Below are positions 1 to 8,960 of a stretch of DNA of 64,000 nt, one piece after another (positions within the stretch are counted from its first letter, which is position 1; the number at the start of each line of letters is the position of its first letter). The DNA lies in NCBI GenBank assembly GCA_963828255.1, contig CAWHDZ010000007.1, positions 192,001-256,000 of the forward strand. The letters run 5' to 3'. Source of the stretch: an uncultured delta proteobacterium. Its GTDB lineage: Bacteria > Myxococcota > Myxococcia > Myxococcales > Anaeromyxobacteraceae. The notes under the pieces are model-generated. The model did no database searches. It was not told the origin of the DNA and saw only the letters and a list, made by a program, of their open reading frames with translations. The translations under genes were made by a program, and so were the position numbers.

Positions 1-642
1 GCCCCCGGGGACGAGCCAGCCGGAGATGCGCCGGAAGAGCTCCGGCCAGTTGCGCATGTGCTCGAACATCTCCACCGACACCACGCGGTCGAAGGTTCCG
101 GGGGCCTCGAAGCGGTTCATGTCGCAGGTGACGATCTCGACGTTGGAGAGGCCGCGGCGCCGGGCCTCTCCGAGGATGAAGTCCCGCTGGCTCGCCGAGT
201 TGGAGACGCCGACGACCTTCGAGGCCGGGAAGTGCTCGGCCGCCCAGAGGGAGAAGCTTCCCCACCCACAGCCCAGCTCCAGGATGCGGTGGCCGTTCTC
301 GATGCCGGCCCTCTCTGCGGTGAGGCGCAGCATGGCCTCCTCGGAGGCGTCGAGGGTGGAGACGCCCTCGGGCCAGAGCCCGCCCGAGTACTTCATCCTG
401 GAGCCGAGCGAGGTCCGGAAGAAGGCGGCAGGAACCTCGTAGTGCTGCCGGTTCGCCAGCGCCGGCACCGGGGCGACCTCGGAGCCCTCCATCGAGGCGA
501 TGAAGCGGGCCAGGGCGGCCTCGCGGTCGGCGTGGCGCTTCTCCTCGTCCCGGATGCGGTTCCGGAGCAGCCGGCGGATGCCGAGGCGCACGACCGGGGT
601 GGGGACGAAACCTCTCTCGGCCAGCTCGATTCCAAGGCTCAT
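1..642 (-). CDS. Class I SAM-dependent methyltransferase, cyclopropane-fatty-acyl-phospholipid synthase (CMAS)-like; 3' end runs off the window
   Basis: Not in the ORF track. Manual translation from ATG at 642: MSLGIELAERG...ANRQHYEVPAAFF...MKYSGGLW...ILELGCGWGSFSLW...DRVVSVEMFEHMRNW; the SAM-binding and CMAS motifs are present. Confidence 0.85.
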   Translation of the reverse strand, partial: MSLGIELAERGFVPTPVVRLGIRRLLRNRIRDEEKRHADREAALARFIASMEGSEVAPVPALANRQHYEVPAAFFRTSLGSRMKYSGGLWPEGVSTLDASEEAMLRLTAERAGIENGHRILELGCGWGSFSLWAAEHFPASKVVGVSNSASQRDFILGEARRRGLSNVEIVTCDMNRFEAPGTFDRVVSVEMFEHMRNWPELFRRISGWLVPGG

Positions 643-682
643 GGACGTACTATAATCGTCTAAATCGCCCTCGCAACAGGAA

Positions 683-704
683 ATAACGTTGAGATTACGT
701 GGAG
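683..704. promoter_or_regulatory. Tandem 11-bp direct repeats, candidate CarH/LitR-type operator
   Basis: ATAACGTTGAG (683-693) and ATTACGTGGAG (694-704), 9/11 identical, lie in the AT-rich divergent intergenic region; TATAAT at 651-656. Confidence 0.45.
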
Positions 705-726
705 CGATAAGTTAGAATAAGCCGAA

Positions 727-1524
727 ATGGACGAATTGCTCTCCACCGTCGACGTCGGGCGCCTCGCCGGGGTAGGCCCGACCGCCGTGAAGCGCTGGGC
801 CGACCTGGGCATGCTGCCCTGCGTGAAGACCGCTGGCGGCCACCGCCGGTTCGAGCGCCGTACGGTCCAGAGGTTCCTCGACTCGATCCGCGGCCCGACC
901 TCCTCCAGCTTCCTCGACCTCCTCCTGCACAGCGACGGCCTGGGCGTCGAGGCCCGCCTCCTCACCGAGCGGTCGCGCATCGGCTCCTGGATGGAGGTCG
1001 CCGAGATGCTCGGAGGCGTGCTCGCGGAGATGGGGGAGCGCTGGCGGGCGGGGACGGTCACCATCCTCCAGGAGCACCTCGCCTCGGAGCGGCTGGCGCG
1101 GGCGCTGGCGCGGGTCTCCGACGCCCTTCCCGTGCAGCCCCGGGCGCCGCGCTGCGTGCTGGCCTGCGCCGAGGGGGACCGGCACGCGCTGGGCCTCTCG
1201 CTCGTGGAGGTCGCGCTGCGGGAGGCGGGCTGGACGACGCTCTGGGCCGGGCAGGACACGCCCGTGCTCTCCCTGGCCGAGCTGGCGCGGGCCCGGGGGG
1301 CCGAGATGATCGCGGTCTCGGCGTCGTCGTCCACGTCCGGCGCCGAGGGGCTGCGCAGCCAGGCCCGGATCCTGGGCGAGGCCTGCGCGGCGTCGGGGGT
1401 CGCGCTCTGCCTGGGAGGAAGCGGTCCCTGGCCCGACCCGCCGCCGCACGGGCAGCGTTTCCGGACCATCGCCCCGTTCGTCGCACGGGCGCGGGAGCTG
1501 GCCGGGGGGGCCGGAGGAACCTAG
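727..1524 (+). CDS. MerR/Xis-type HTH plus B12-binding domain regulator (CarH/LitR-like)
   Basis: N-terminal HTH (VGRLAGVGPTAVKRWAD...GGHRRF), W-x9-EH motif (WRAGTVTILQEH) and Rossmann DxH motif (GDRHALG). Confidence 0.85.
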   Translation: MDELLSTVDVGRLAGVGPTAVKRWADLGMLPCVKTAGGHRRFERRTVQRFLDSIRGPTSSSFLDLLLHSDGLGVEARLLTERSRIGSWMEVAEMLGGVLAEMGERWRAGTVTILQEHLASERLARALARVSDALPVQPRAPRCVLACAEGDRHALGLSLVEVALREAGWTTLWAGQDTPVLSLAELARARGAEMIAVSASSSTSGAEGLRSQARILGEACAASGVALCLGGSGPWPDPPPHGQRFRTIAPFVARARELAGGAGGT

Positions 1525-2396
1525 CCCGCCCGCGACTCGGCGGAAGGCACGACCCCGGCTGCGCGGATGCGCTGCGCCGCGAGGTCGAGGTACTCCTCGT
1601 TCATCTCCACGCCCAGGAAGCGCCGGCCGGCCATCACCGCGGCCACGCCGGTGGTCCCGGAGCCGGTGAACGGGTCGAGCACCAGGTCACCCTCGGTGGA
1701 GCTGGCGGCGATGACCCGCTCGAGCAGCGCCAGCGGCTTCTGGGTGGGGTGGCGTCCGTGGAGCTTCTCGCGCGGCCCCGGCGTGGGGAGCGGCCAGACC
1801 ACCTGCGAGCCGCCCGGCTCGGGGCGCTCGGCCACCTCCCAGAGGTCGCGCATCTGCTTGCCTCCGTTCCGCTGCTTCATGTCCCGGTAGTTGAAGCGGT
1901 GGGCGAGCGGCTTCGACTTCATGGGCGCCGCCCAGAGCAGGATCTCGGTGGAGTGGGTGAACATGCGGCAGGCCAGGTTGGGCGCCGCGTTGGGCTTGAA
2001 CCAGGTGACCGTGTTGAGCAGGTGGAATCCCAGCTCCTGCATGGCGTAGCCGACCGAGAAGATGACGTGCTGCGTGCCCGAGACCCAGATGGTTCCGGAG
2101 GGCTTGAGGACGCGGCGGCAGGCCTGCAGCCAGTTGCGCTGGAAGGCGTGGTCGGCCTCCACCCCGCGCGACTGGTCCCACTCCCCCTTGTCCACCCGGA
2201 CGCGCCGGCCGGCCTGGCAGGTGGTGCCGCCGTTCGACAGGTGGTAGGGAGGGTCCGCGAAGATCAGGTCAACCGACCGGGGCGGGAGCTTCTCCAGGAC
2301 CTCGATGCTGTTCCCGAGGACCATCGCCCAGCCCGGGCCACGTTCCTCGGTGCCCGGGAGGTCGTCCCAGTCGTGCAGTTCGAGTCGTCGCGCCAT
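1521..2396 (-). CDS. Beta-class N6-adenine DNA methyltransferase, DpnA/M2.DpnII-like, orphan
   Basis: IFADPPY-x-LSNGG, DKGEWD, PNLACRMFTHSTE, HPTQKP, DPFTGSGTTG; start taken at MARRLEL (2396). Confidence 0.85.
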   Translation of the reverse strand: MARRLELHDWDDLPGTEERGPGWAMVLGNSIEVLEKLPPRSVDLIFADPPYHLSNGGTTCQAGRRVRVDKGEWDQSRGVEADHAFQRNWLQACRRVLKPSGTIWVSGTQHVIFSVGYAMQELGFHLLNTVTWFKPNAAPNLACRMFTHSTEILLWAAPMKSKPLAHRFNYRDMKQRNGGKQMRDLWEVAERPEPGGSQVVWPLPTPGPREKLHGRHPTQKPLALLERVIAASSTEGDLVLDPFTGSGTTGVAAVMAGRRFLGVEMNEEYLDLAAQRIRAAGVVPSAESRAG

Positions 2397-2460
2397 TGCC
2401 ACGCATGGTATGGGCGATATCGATCCTGTCCATTTTTCGATCCACCGGGAGTCATCCGAG

Positions 2461-3378
2461 ATGTCCGAAGAGAGACGCAGCCCCCCGGGCCCCTTCGAGG
2501 GGCTCATCCGCCCCTGGTTCTTCCCGTCCTTCGGGCTGACCATCGTGGTCGGGGTGGGGGTCTTCTGGATGACCGGGATGCTCACCGAGTCGGCGGTGGG
2601 CGCCATCGTGGCCGTCCTCGTCCCGTTCGTCCTCGGGCTCATGGTGCTCCGGCCGGCCTTCTCGGCGAGGTTCGACCCGGTCACCCGGACGCTGCTCGGC
2701 GTCGCCGGGGTCCTCTCCTTCCTCGTCGCGGCCGTGCCCGCCTACGAGGCGGTCCACCCCGGCGAGCCCCACGCGGTGGCCGAGCTGACCCGCGCCGGCG
2801 ACGTGCAGTCCGTCCCCCCTGGCTCGGACGGGAGGGTCCTGCTCCTCGTCTCCACCCGCCTCGGGGGCGCCGCCGAGCCGGTGGTGGAGTTCCGGCTGGG
2901 TGGATTCGAGGAGCCGGTGACGGGAGAGCTTCGCCGCACCACCGGGTTCGCGCGGGTCGGCCGCGGCGGCAGCACCAAGGTCACCCACGACCACGACTCC
3001 GACTGGTTCGAGGCGACGCTCCCGGCCTCGACGAAGGAGATCCGGCTCGAGCGCGTGCAGGGGCTCTCCACCGCGCCCTTGCGGGTGGAGCTGTACCGGA
3101 ACTGGCTCCCGCACGGGCTGGCCTGGATCCTGTCGCTGGTCGCGCTGGCGCTCGCCGCCGCCGGCGAGGTCCGCTGCCGCCGCGACTCCGGGGCCACCAT
3201 CGCCGCCGGCGTCGCGCTCGGGTTCGGCATGGTGGTGAGCTACAACGTCACGCCCGGCCGGGCCGTCGTCCCGGCCCTCTGGGCCATCGTCCTCGGCGCC
3301 ATCGTGGGCGCCCCGGCGGCCGTGCTGTTCCGCATGGCCCTCCGGCGCATCCTCCCCCCGGGCCCCACCCGCGGGTAG
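2461..3378 (+). CDS. Hypothetical multi-pass membrane protein with a central soluble domain
   Basis: About 3 N-terminal and 3 C-terminal hydrophobic segments; GC3-rich codon usage; start taken at ATG 2461. Confidence 0.65.
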   Translation: MSEERRSPPGPFEGLIRPWFFPSFGLTIVVGVGVFWMTGMLTESAVGAIVAVLVPFVLGLMVLRPAFSARFDPVTRTLLGVAGVLSFLVAAVPAYEAVHPGEPHAVAELTRAGDVQSVPPGSDGRVLLLVSTRLGGAAEPVVEFRLGGFEEPVTGELRRTTGFARVGRGGSTKVTHDHDSDWFEATLPASTKEIRLERVQGLSTAPLRVELYRNWLPHGLAWILSLVALALAAAGEVRCRRDSGATIAAGVALGFGMVVSYNVTPGRAVVPALWAIVLGAIVGAPAAVLFRMALRRILPPGPTRG

Positions 3379-3415
3379 CGGAGCCGCCACGAAGGGCGCC
3401 CTCGACAGCGCGTTC

Positions 3416-4417
3416 GTGAAGCAGGCGGCCCTCGCCGCCGGCTTCCACCTGGCAGGGGTGGCACGGGCCGGTCCGCTCGATCCGGGTCCGCTCGACCGGG
3501 TGCTCTCCCTCGGCGCCGAGGCCGACATGGCCTGGCTGCGCACCCAGCGGGACGTCCGGCTCGACCCGCGCCTGCTCCTGCCCGGCTGCCGGAGCGTGGT
3601 GGCGCTCGCCGTGGCCCACGATGGTGAGGCCCCGGCGGCGGAGCCCGGAGGCGCGGCGGTGGCCCGGTACGCCCGCGGGCGCGACTACCACACCGTCATC
3701 AAGAAGAAGCTCAAGGTCCTGGTCGCGGCGATCCACGGCCGCGACCCTGAGGCCCGCGCGCTCCCCTCGGTGGACGTCGGGCCGGTCATGGAGAAGGTCT
3801 GGGCGGAGCGGGCCGGGCTGGGGTGGATCGGCAAGAACGGCTGCCTCATCACCACCGGGCTGGGCAGCTGGGTGCTGCTCGCGGTGGTCCTCCTCGACCG
3901 GGACCTCGAGCCGGACGAGCCGCACCCGGAGCGCTGCGGCGACTGCGACGCCTGCATCCCCGCCTGCCCGACCGGCGCCATTCCGGAGCCGGGGCTGGTG
4001 GACGCGCGGCTCTGCATCTCCTTCCAGACCATCGAGCGGCGCGGGGCGGTGCCGGAGGCGGTTGCCGGTCGGATGGGGCGGTGGGGCTTCGGCTGCGACG
4101 ACTGCCAGACCGCCTGCCCGTGGAACCGGGGGAAGGGGTCCACGAGCGACCCCGAGCTTCGCCCGGTGCGCCACCCCTCGCTCGACCTGGGGGAACTGGT
4201 CCGGCTCACCCCCGACGCGTTCCGCGCCCGCTTTCACGGGACGGCGCTGGCCCGCGCCGGGCACCCCGGGCTGGTCCGGAACGGCGCGCTCGTCGCCGGA
4301 GGCTCGGGGGAGGCGTCGCTCGCGCCCGAGCTGCGCCGGCTCGCCGGGAGCGGGCTGCCGGGCGTCGCCGAGGCGGCCCGGTGGGCGCTCGACCGGCTGG
4401 GGGGCCCCGTCCGTTGA
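3416..4417 (+). CDS. queG: tRNA epoxyqueuosine(34) reductase
   Basis: ARYARGRDYH, EKVWAERAGLGWIGKN, CGDCDACIPACPTGA, CISFQTIE, FGCDDCQTACPWN. Confidence 0.93.
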   Translation: MKQAALAAGFHLAGVARAGPLDPGPLDRVLSLGAEADMAWLRTQRDVRLDPRLLLPGCRSVVALAVAHDGEAPAAEPGGAAVARYARGRDYHTVIKKKLKVLVAAIHGRDPEARALPSVDVGPVMEKVWAERAGLGWIGKNGCLITTGLGSWVLLAVVLLDRDLEPDEPHPERCGDCDACIPACPTGAIPEPGLVDARLCISFQTIERRGAVPEAVAGRMGRWGFGCDDCQTACPWNRGKGSTSDPELRPVRHPSLDLGELVRLTPDAFRARFHGTALARAGHPGLVRNGALVAGGSGEASLAPELRRLAGSGLPGVAEAARWALDRLGGPVR

Positions 4418-5307
4418 TCGACCTCGTCATGCTGCTCCACTCGGCCCTGTCGGCCGGGACCTACCTGGCGGCCAAGCGGGCGCTCGGCGAGCTCTCGCCC
4501 TTCGAGCTGGGGCTGGCCCGCTTCAGCATGGCCGCCCTGGTCTACGCCGGGCTCCTGCGGCTGCGGCCGCGGAAGGTGACGCGGCGTGACCTTCTCTCCC
4601 TGTGCGTGCTCGGCTTCGTCGCCATCCCGCTCAACCAGGGGCTCTTCCTCTTCGGGCTCTCCCTCACCACCCCCGGGCACGCGGCGCTCCTCTACGCCAT
4701 GACCCCCATCTTCGTCTTCGTGCTGGCGCTCCTGCGGCGCGAGGAGCGGTCGAGCCCCTCCAAGTCCGTGGGCATCGTGCTGGCCTTCTCCGGCGCTGCG
4801 GTGGTGCTGGTGGCGCGCGGCCAGCTCTCCGGCCAGGCCGGGGGGGACCGCGCGCTCATCGGGGACCTGCTCATCCTCCTCGCCGTGATCTCCTGGGCGG
4901 TCTACGCGGTCTGGGGGAAGCCCTACGCGGAGCGCTACGGCGTCATCACCACCACGGGGATCACCATCGTCGCGGGCAGCCTGCTCTACCTTCCGTTCGG
5001 GCTCGCCCTGTCCAGCACGGCGAGCTTCCTCGCGCTCTCGCCGGCGGGTTGGGGGAGCGTGGCCTACCTGGTGGTGCTCACCAGCGTGGTCTCCTACCTC
5101 CTCTACTACTGGGCGCTGGCCCGCGAGGACGCGAGCCGGGTCGCCATCTGGTCCAACACCCAGCCGGTGCTGACGGCGCTGCTCGCCTGGGCCGTGTACG
5201 GCGACCCGCTCACTCCCTCCTTCGTGGCCGGAGGGGTGCTGGTCATCGTCGGGGTGCTCTTGACCCAGCAGCGCCCGCGTCGGCGGGCGCATAGGATTCG
5301 AGGATGA
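4414..5307 (+). CDS. DMT/EamA family transporter
   Basis: About 10 TM segments in two EamA-like halves; TTG start overlaps the queG stop (alternative ATG at 4429). Confidence 0.88.
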   Translation: MIDLVMLLHSALSAGTYLAAKRALGELSPFELGLARFSMAALVYAGLLRLRPRKVTRRDLLSLCVLGFVAIPLNQGLFLFGLSLTTPGHAALLYAMTPIFVFVLALLRREERSSPSKSVGIVLAFSGAAVVLVARGQLSGQAGGDRALIGDLLILLAVISWAVYAVWGKPYAERYGVITTTGITIVAGSLLYLPFGLALSSTASFLALSPAGWGSVAYLVVLTSVVSYLLYYWALAREDASRVAIWSNTQPVLTALLAWAVYGDPLTPSFVAGGVLVIVGVLLTQQRPRRRAHRIRG

Positions 5308-6233
5308 CGCTCTCCGAGAAGCTCGCCGCTGCGCGCGGTGCGGCCGCCGCCGGCCCGGTCGAGTCCCGCGGCATCCTCCGCCTCTCCGGAAAGGGCGGGC
5401 GCGACTTCCTGCACCGCATGTCCACCCAGCACCTATCCGCCCTGCCCGCGGACGGGAGCGCCTACGCGGCCTTCCTCGACGGCCGCGGCCACATCGTGGG
5501 GGAGGGGCTCGTGGTGGCCCGTCCCGACGACCTGCTCTTCGTCACCGAGGTCGAGGAGGTGGCCATCCTGCTGCCGCACCTCCGCAAGTACCTGCTCAAC
5601 GCCCCTGTGAAGATCGACGACGCGTCGCCCTCGCTGGGAGCGATGGCGGTCCTGGGGCCGAAGGGGATCGGGCTGGCCCGGGAAGCGGCGGCCGGAGCGC
5701 GTGGAGCAGCCGGCGACCTCACCGCCGCCGCGACGCCGCGACGGGGTGTTCCCGCCGTCGAGATGATCGGTCCAACCGATCGGCTGGCCGCGGTCCGGCT
5801 GACGCTGCTCGCCGCCGGCGCCGCCGACCTCGACTCCGCCGACCTGGAGGCGCTGCGCATCGAGGAGGGGGTGGCCCGCTTCGGGGCCGACATGGACGGG
5901 GAGCGGCTCCCCATGGAGGCCGCGCTCACCCGCGACGCCATCCACTTCCAGAAGGGCTGCTACCTGGGGCAGGAGGTGGTGCTGCGCGCCACCGTCCGCG
6001 GCCAGATCCAGAAGGGGCTGGTGCAGCTCGAGCTGCCCCCCGGCGCCGGGCCCGGGACCGTTCTCACCGCGGGTGACAAGGAGGCCGGCTGGGTGACCAG
6101 CGCCGCCGAGACCAGCCAGGGGCGCCTGGGACTGGGCTACCTGCGACGCGCCTTCTGGCGCGAGGGGGAGCGGCTCACCACCCCCGCGGGCGAGGCCATC
6201 GTCCGCAGGGTGGTGGTGCGCGAGCCGGAGTAG
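5304..6233 (+). CDS. ygfZ: YgfZ/GcvT-family folate-binding protein
   Basis: Signature KGCYLGQE; GcvT-like N-terminus (RGILRLSG...DFLHRMST). Confidence 0.88.
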   Translation: MTLSEKLAAARGAAAAGPVESRGILRLSGKGGRDFLHRMSTQHLSALPADGSAYAAFLDGRGHIVGEGLVVARPDDLLFVTEVEEVAILLPHLRKYLLNAPVKIDDASPSLGAMAVLGPKGIGLAREAAAGARGAAGDLTAAATPRRGVPAVEMIGPTDRLAAVRLTLLAAGAADLDSADLEALRIEEGVARFGADMDGERLPMEAALTRDAIHFQKGCYLGQEVVLRATVRGQIQKGLVQLELPPGAGPGTVLTAGDKEAGWVTSAAETSQGRLGLGYLRRAFWREGERLTTPAGEAIVRRVVVREPE

Positions 6234-6266
6234 CGCTCCGGAGAGCACCCCCCCAGCCCGCGCCGG

Positions 6267-6761
6267 TCACTTCTTCTTCCCGATGGGGCAGGAGGCCACG
6301 GCCGTCGACGGGTCGATGGCGTCCCCTCCGGTGACGATCTCCTTCACCAGCCCGTCCTGGCCGATGACGTAGGTCGCCCGGTTGGCGTAGCCGAGCACCG
6401 GGATCTTCCCCGGGTACTGCGCGACGACCGTTCCCTTCTCGTCCGACAGGAGGATGAACGGCAGGCTGAACTCGGCCTTGAACTTCGCCAGCTTCTCCAC
6501 GGAGTCGGTGGAGATTCCCACCACCTCCGCGCCCTTCTTCTCGACCTCGGCATACCGGTCCCGGTACGCTTGATTTTCCTTGTTTCAACCAGGGGTGAAA
6601 GCCTTGGGGAAGAAGGCCAGGATCACCGGTCCCCGCTCGAGAAGCTTCGAGAGGATGACCGGCCTTCCATCGGTGCCGGGCAATGTGAAGTCCGGCGCCT
6701 TGTCCCCCACCTTGAGCGACGCCGACGCTCCGAGGAGCGCGGCCAGGATCGGGATTGTCAT
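6267..6761 (-). CDS. Selenocysteine-containing peroxiredoxin (BCP/PrxQ-type), 164 aa with TGA at 6587-6585 read as Sec
   Basis: Two track ORFs are in the same frame, joined by [11 protein letters not shown]...[19 protein letters not shown]...VVGISTDS...NRATYVIG. The TGA sits at the peroxidatic Cys of the PxxxTxxC motif. Confidence 0.88.
6550..6569 (-). promoter_or_regulatory. Candidate bacterial SECIS hairpin
   Basis: GCGUACCG-GGAC-CGGUAUGC: 8-bp stem with one G-U pair and a G-first tetraloop, starting 15 nt after the UGA. Confidence 0.7.
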
Positions 6762-6850
6762 GAGAAGTCCGTTATCCGCGGATGGCGCGCTGCGCAACGA
6801 AAGCGGCCCGGAGTTGTGAGATGCCATCCACGTCTACGGGAGGAGTCCAT

Positions 6851-7885
6851 ATGAAGGCGATGGTGATGCGGGGCCACGGCGGGCCCGAGGTGCTGGAGAT
6901 GGCGGAGCTGCCCGACCCGGTGGCCGAGCCGGGACGGGTGGTGGTGCGCGTGCGGGCCGTGGCGCTCAACCACCTCGACATCTGGGTGCGCCAGGGCTGG
7001 CCGGGGCTCGAGCTCCCCATGCCCCACGTGCTCGGCTCGGACGTGGCGGGCATCGTGGAGTCGGTGGGGCCGGGCTGCGAGGCCAGCGGGATCGCCCCTG
7101 GCTTGGAGGTGGTGCTCAACCCCGGGCTCTCCTGCGGCCGCTGCGAGGAGTGCCTGGGTGGCCGGGACACCCTGTGCCGCAAGTACGCCATCCTGGGCGA
7201 GCACACCACGGGCGGCTACGCCGACCTGGTCTCGGTACCGACCGCCAACGTGCTCCCCAAGCCGCGCAACATGTCCTTCGAGCACGCGGCCTGCATCCCG
7301 CTGGTCTTCCTGACCGCCTGGCACGCGCTGGTGGGCCGGGCCCAGGTGAAGCCCGGGGAGACGGTGCTCATCCACGCGGCCGGCTCGGGCGTGGGGAGCG
7401 CCGCGGTGCAGATCGCCCGGCTCATCGGGGCCCGGGTGCTGGCCACCGCCGGGAGCAAGGACAAGTGCGAGAAGGCGCTGGCCCTCGGGGCCCACCACGC
7501 CATCGACTACGAGAAGACCGACTTCCTCCAGGAGGTGAGGACGCTGACCGGGCGGCGCGGGGTGGACGTGGTCTTCGAGCACACCGGAAAGGTCACCTGG
7601 GAGCGATCGCTCCTCTCGCTGGTGAACGGCGGCCGGCTCGTCACCGTGGGTGCAACGACCGGCTTCGACACCGCCACCGATCTCCGCCACGTCTTCTACC
7701 GGCAGCTCTCGGTCCTGGGCTCGACCATGGGCTCGAAGTCGGAGCTCTTCCAGGTGCTGCGATTCATCGAGGAGAAGCGGCTCAAGCCCGTGCTCGACCG
7801 GGTCATGAAGCTCTCCCAGGCGCGGGAGGCGCACGGGCTCCTGGCCCGGCGCGAGCAGTTCGGCAAGGTGGTGCTGGTGCCGTAG
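6851..7885 (+). CDS. Zinc-binding alcohol dehydrogenase / MDR-family oxidoreductase
   Basis: Structural Zn motif CGRCEECLGGRDTLC, AAGSGVG nucleotide-binding motif, GKVVL C-terminus; GGAGGAG RBS before ATG 6851. Confidence 0.88.
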   Translation: MKAMVMRGHGGPEVLEMAELPDPVAEPGRVVVRVRAVALNHLDIWVRQGWPGLELPMPHVLGSDVAGIVESVGPGCEASGIAPGLEVVLNPGLSCGRCEECLGGRDTLCRKYAILGEHTTGGYADLVSVPTANVLPKPRNMSFEHAACIPLVFLTAWHALVGRAQVKPGETVLIHAAGSGVGSAAVQIARLIGARVLATAGSKDKCEKALALGAHHAIDYEKTDFLQEVRTLTGRRGVDVVFEHTGKVTWERSLLSLVNGGRLVTVGATTGFDTATDLRHVFYRQLSVLGSTMGSKSELFQVLRFIEEKRLKPVLDRVMKLSQAREAHGLLARREQFGKVVLVP

Positions 7886-7893
7886 ACCGCCGC

Positions 7894-8820
7894 TCAGGCG
7901 TACCGCACGCCCGGCCGCATCTCGCGAAGCCGCTTCACGCGCTCCTCGACGGGCGGGTGGGTGGAGAGCAGGCTGGCGAACGCCCGCCCGTGGAGCGGAT
8001 TCACGATGTAGAGGTGGGCCGTGGCCGGGCCGGCGTGCTCCATGGGGCGGGCCGCGTTGGCGTTCTCGAGCGAGAGCAGCGCCTGGGCCAGCGGCTCGGG
8101 GTCGCCGACCATCTCGGCTCCGGAGGCGTCGGCGGCGTACTCGCGCGAGCGCGAGACGGCGAGCTGGATGAGCATGGCCATGAGGGGCGCCAGGATGGCC
8201 CAGGCCAGCGCGCCGAAGATGTTGGTGTCGCGCCCGTCGCCGTCGCGGGAGCCCAGGCTGCCGAACATGCCGGCCCACTGGATCATGTGGCCGAGGGAGC
8301 CCACCAGGCCCGCGATGCCGGCGGCCACCGTGGCGATGAGGATGTCGCGGTTCTTCACGTGGGCCAGCTCGTGCGCCAGCACCCCCTCGATCTGCCGGCG
8401 GTCGAGGATGCGCAGGATGCCCTCGGTGACGGCCACCGCGGCGTGCTCCGGGTTGCGTCCGGTGGCGAAGGCGTTCGGGGTCTCGGAGGGGATGAGGTAG
8501 ATGCGGGGCATGGGCATCCCCTGCTTCCGCGTGAGCCGCTCGACGATGTCGAAGACCTCGGGCAGTTCCTCGCGCGTCACCGGCTTCGCCCCGTTGGTCG
8601 CGAGCGCGATCCGGTCGGAGAACCAGTACATGACGAAGTTCATGACGAGCCCGATGGCGGCGAAGAGCACCATGCCCTGGGCGCCGCCGATCATGCTCCC
8701 GCCGATGCCCAGCAGGGCGATGAGCCCCGCCATGAGCACGAAGGTCTTGAGGTAGCCGCTCGAGCCGGAGACCTTGGGCACGGTGGTGCCGCGGGTCGGG
8801 GTGGGTTCGTTCCATGCCAT
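7894..8820 (-). CDS. htpX: Zinc metalloprotease HtpX (M48)
   Basis: PNAFATGRNP, HELAH, SRSREYAAD, STHPPVEER. Confidence 0.93.
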   Translation of the reverse strand: MAWNEPTPTRGTTVPKVSGSSGYLKTFVLMAGLIALLGIGGSMIGGAQGMVLFAAIGLVMNFVMYWFSDRIALATNGAKPVTREELPEVFDIVERLTRKQGMPMPRIYLIPSETPNAFATGRNPEHAAVAVTEGILRILDRRQIEGVLAHELAHVKNRDILIATVAAGIAGLVGSLGHMIQWAGMFGSLGSRDGDGRDTNIFGALAWAILAPLMAMLIQLAVSRSREYAADASGAEMVGDPEPLAQALLSLENANAARPMEHAGPATAHLYIVNPLHGRAFASLLSTHPPVEERVKRLREMRPGVRYA

Positions 8821-8960
8821 GGGGGGCAATTTAACCACGCCCCCCGACCCGTCAAACCCAATCGAGACCACCCGCCCGGGAATTCCCGAAGGGCGTCCGA
8901 GAGTTAGCGCCGAAGGCCGGTCCGTGGTACACGCGAATCCGGGCGATATCGGAGGCGGGT

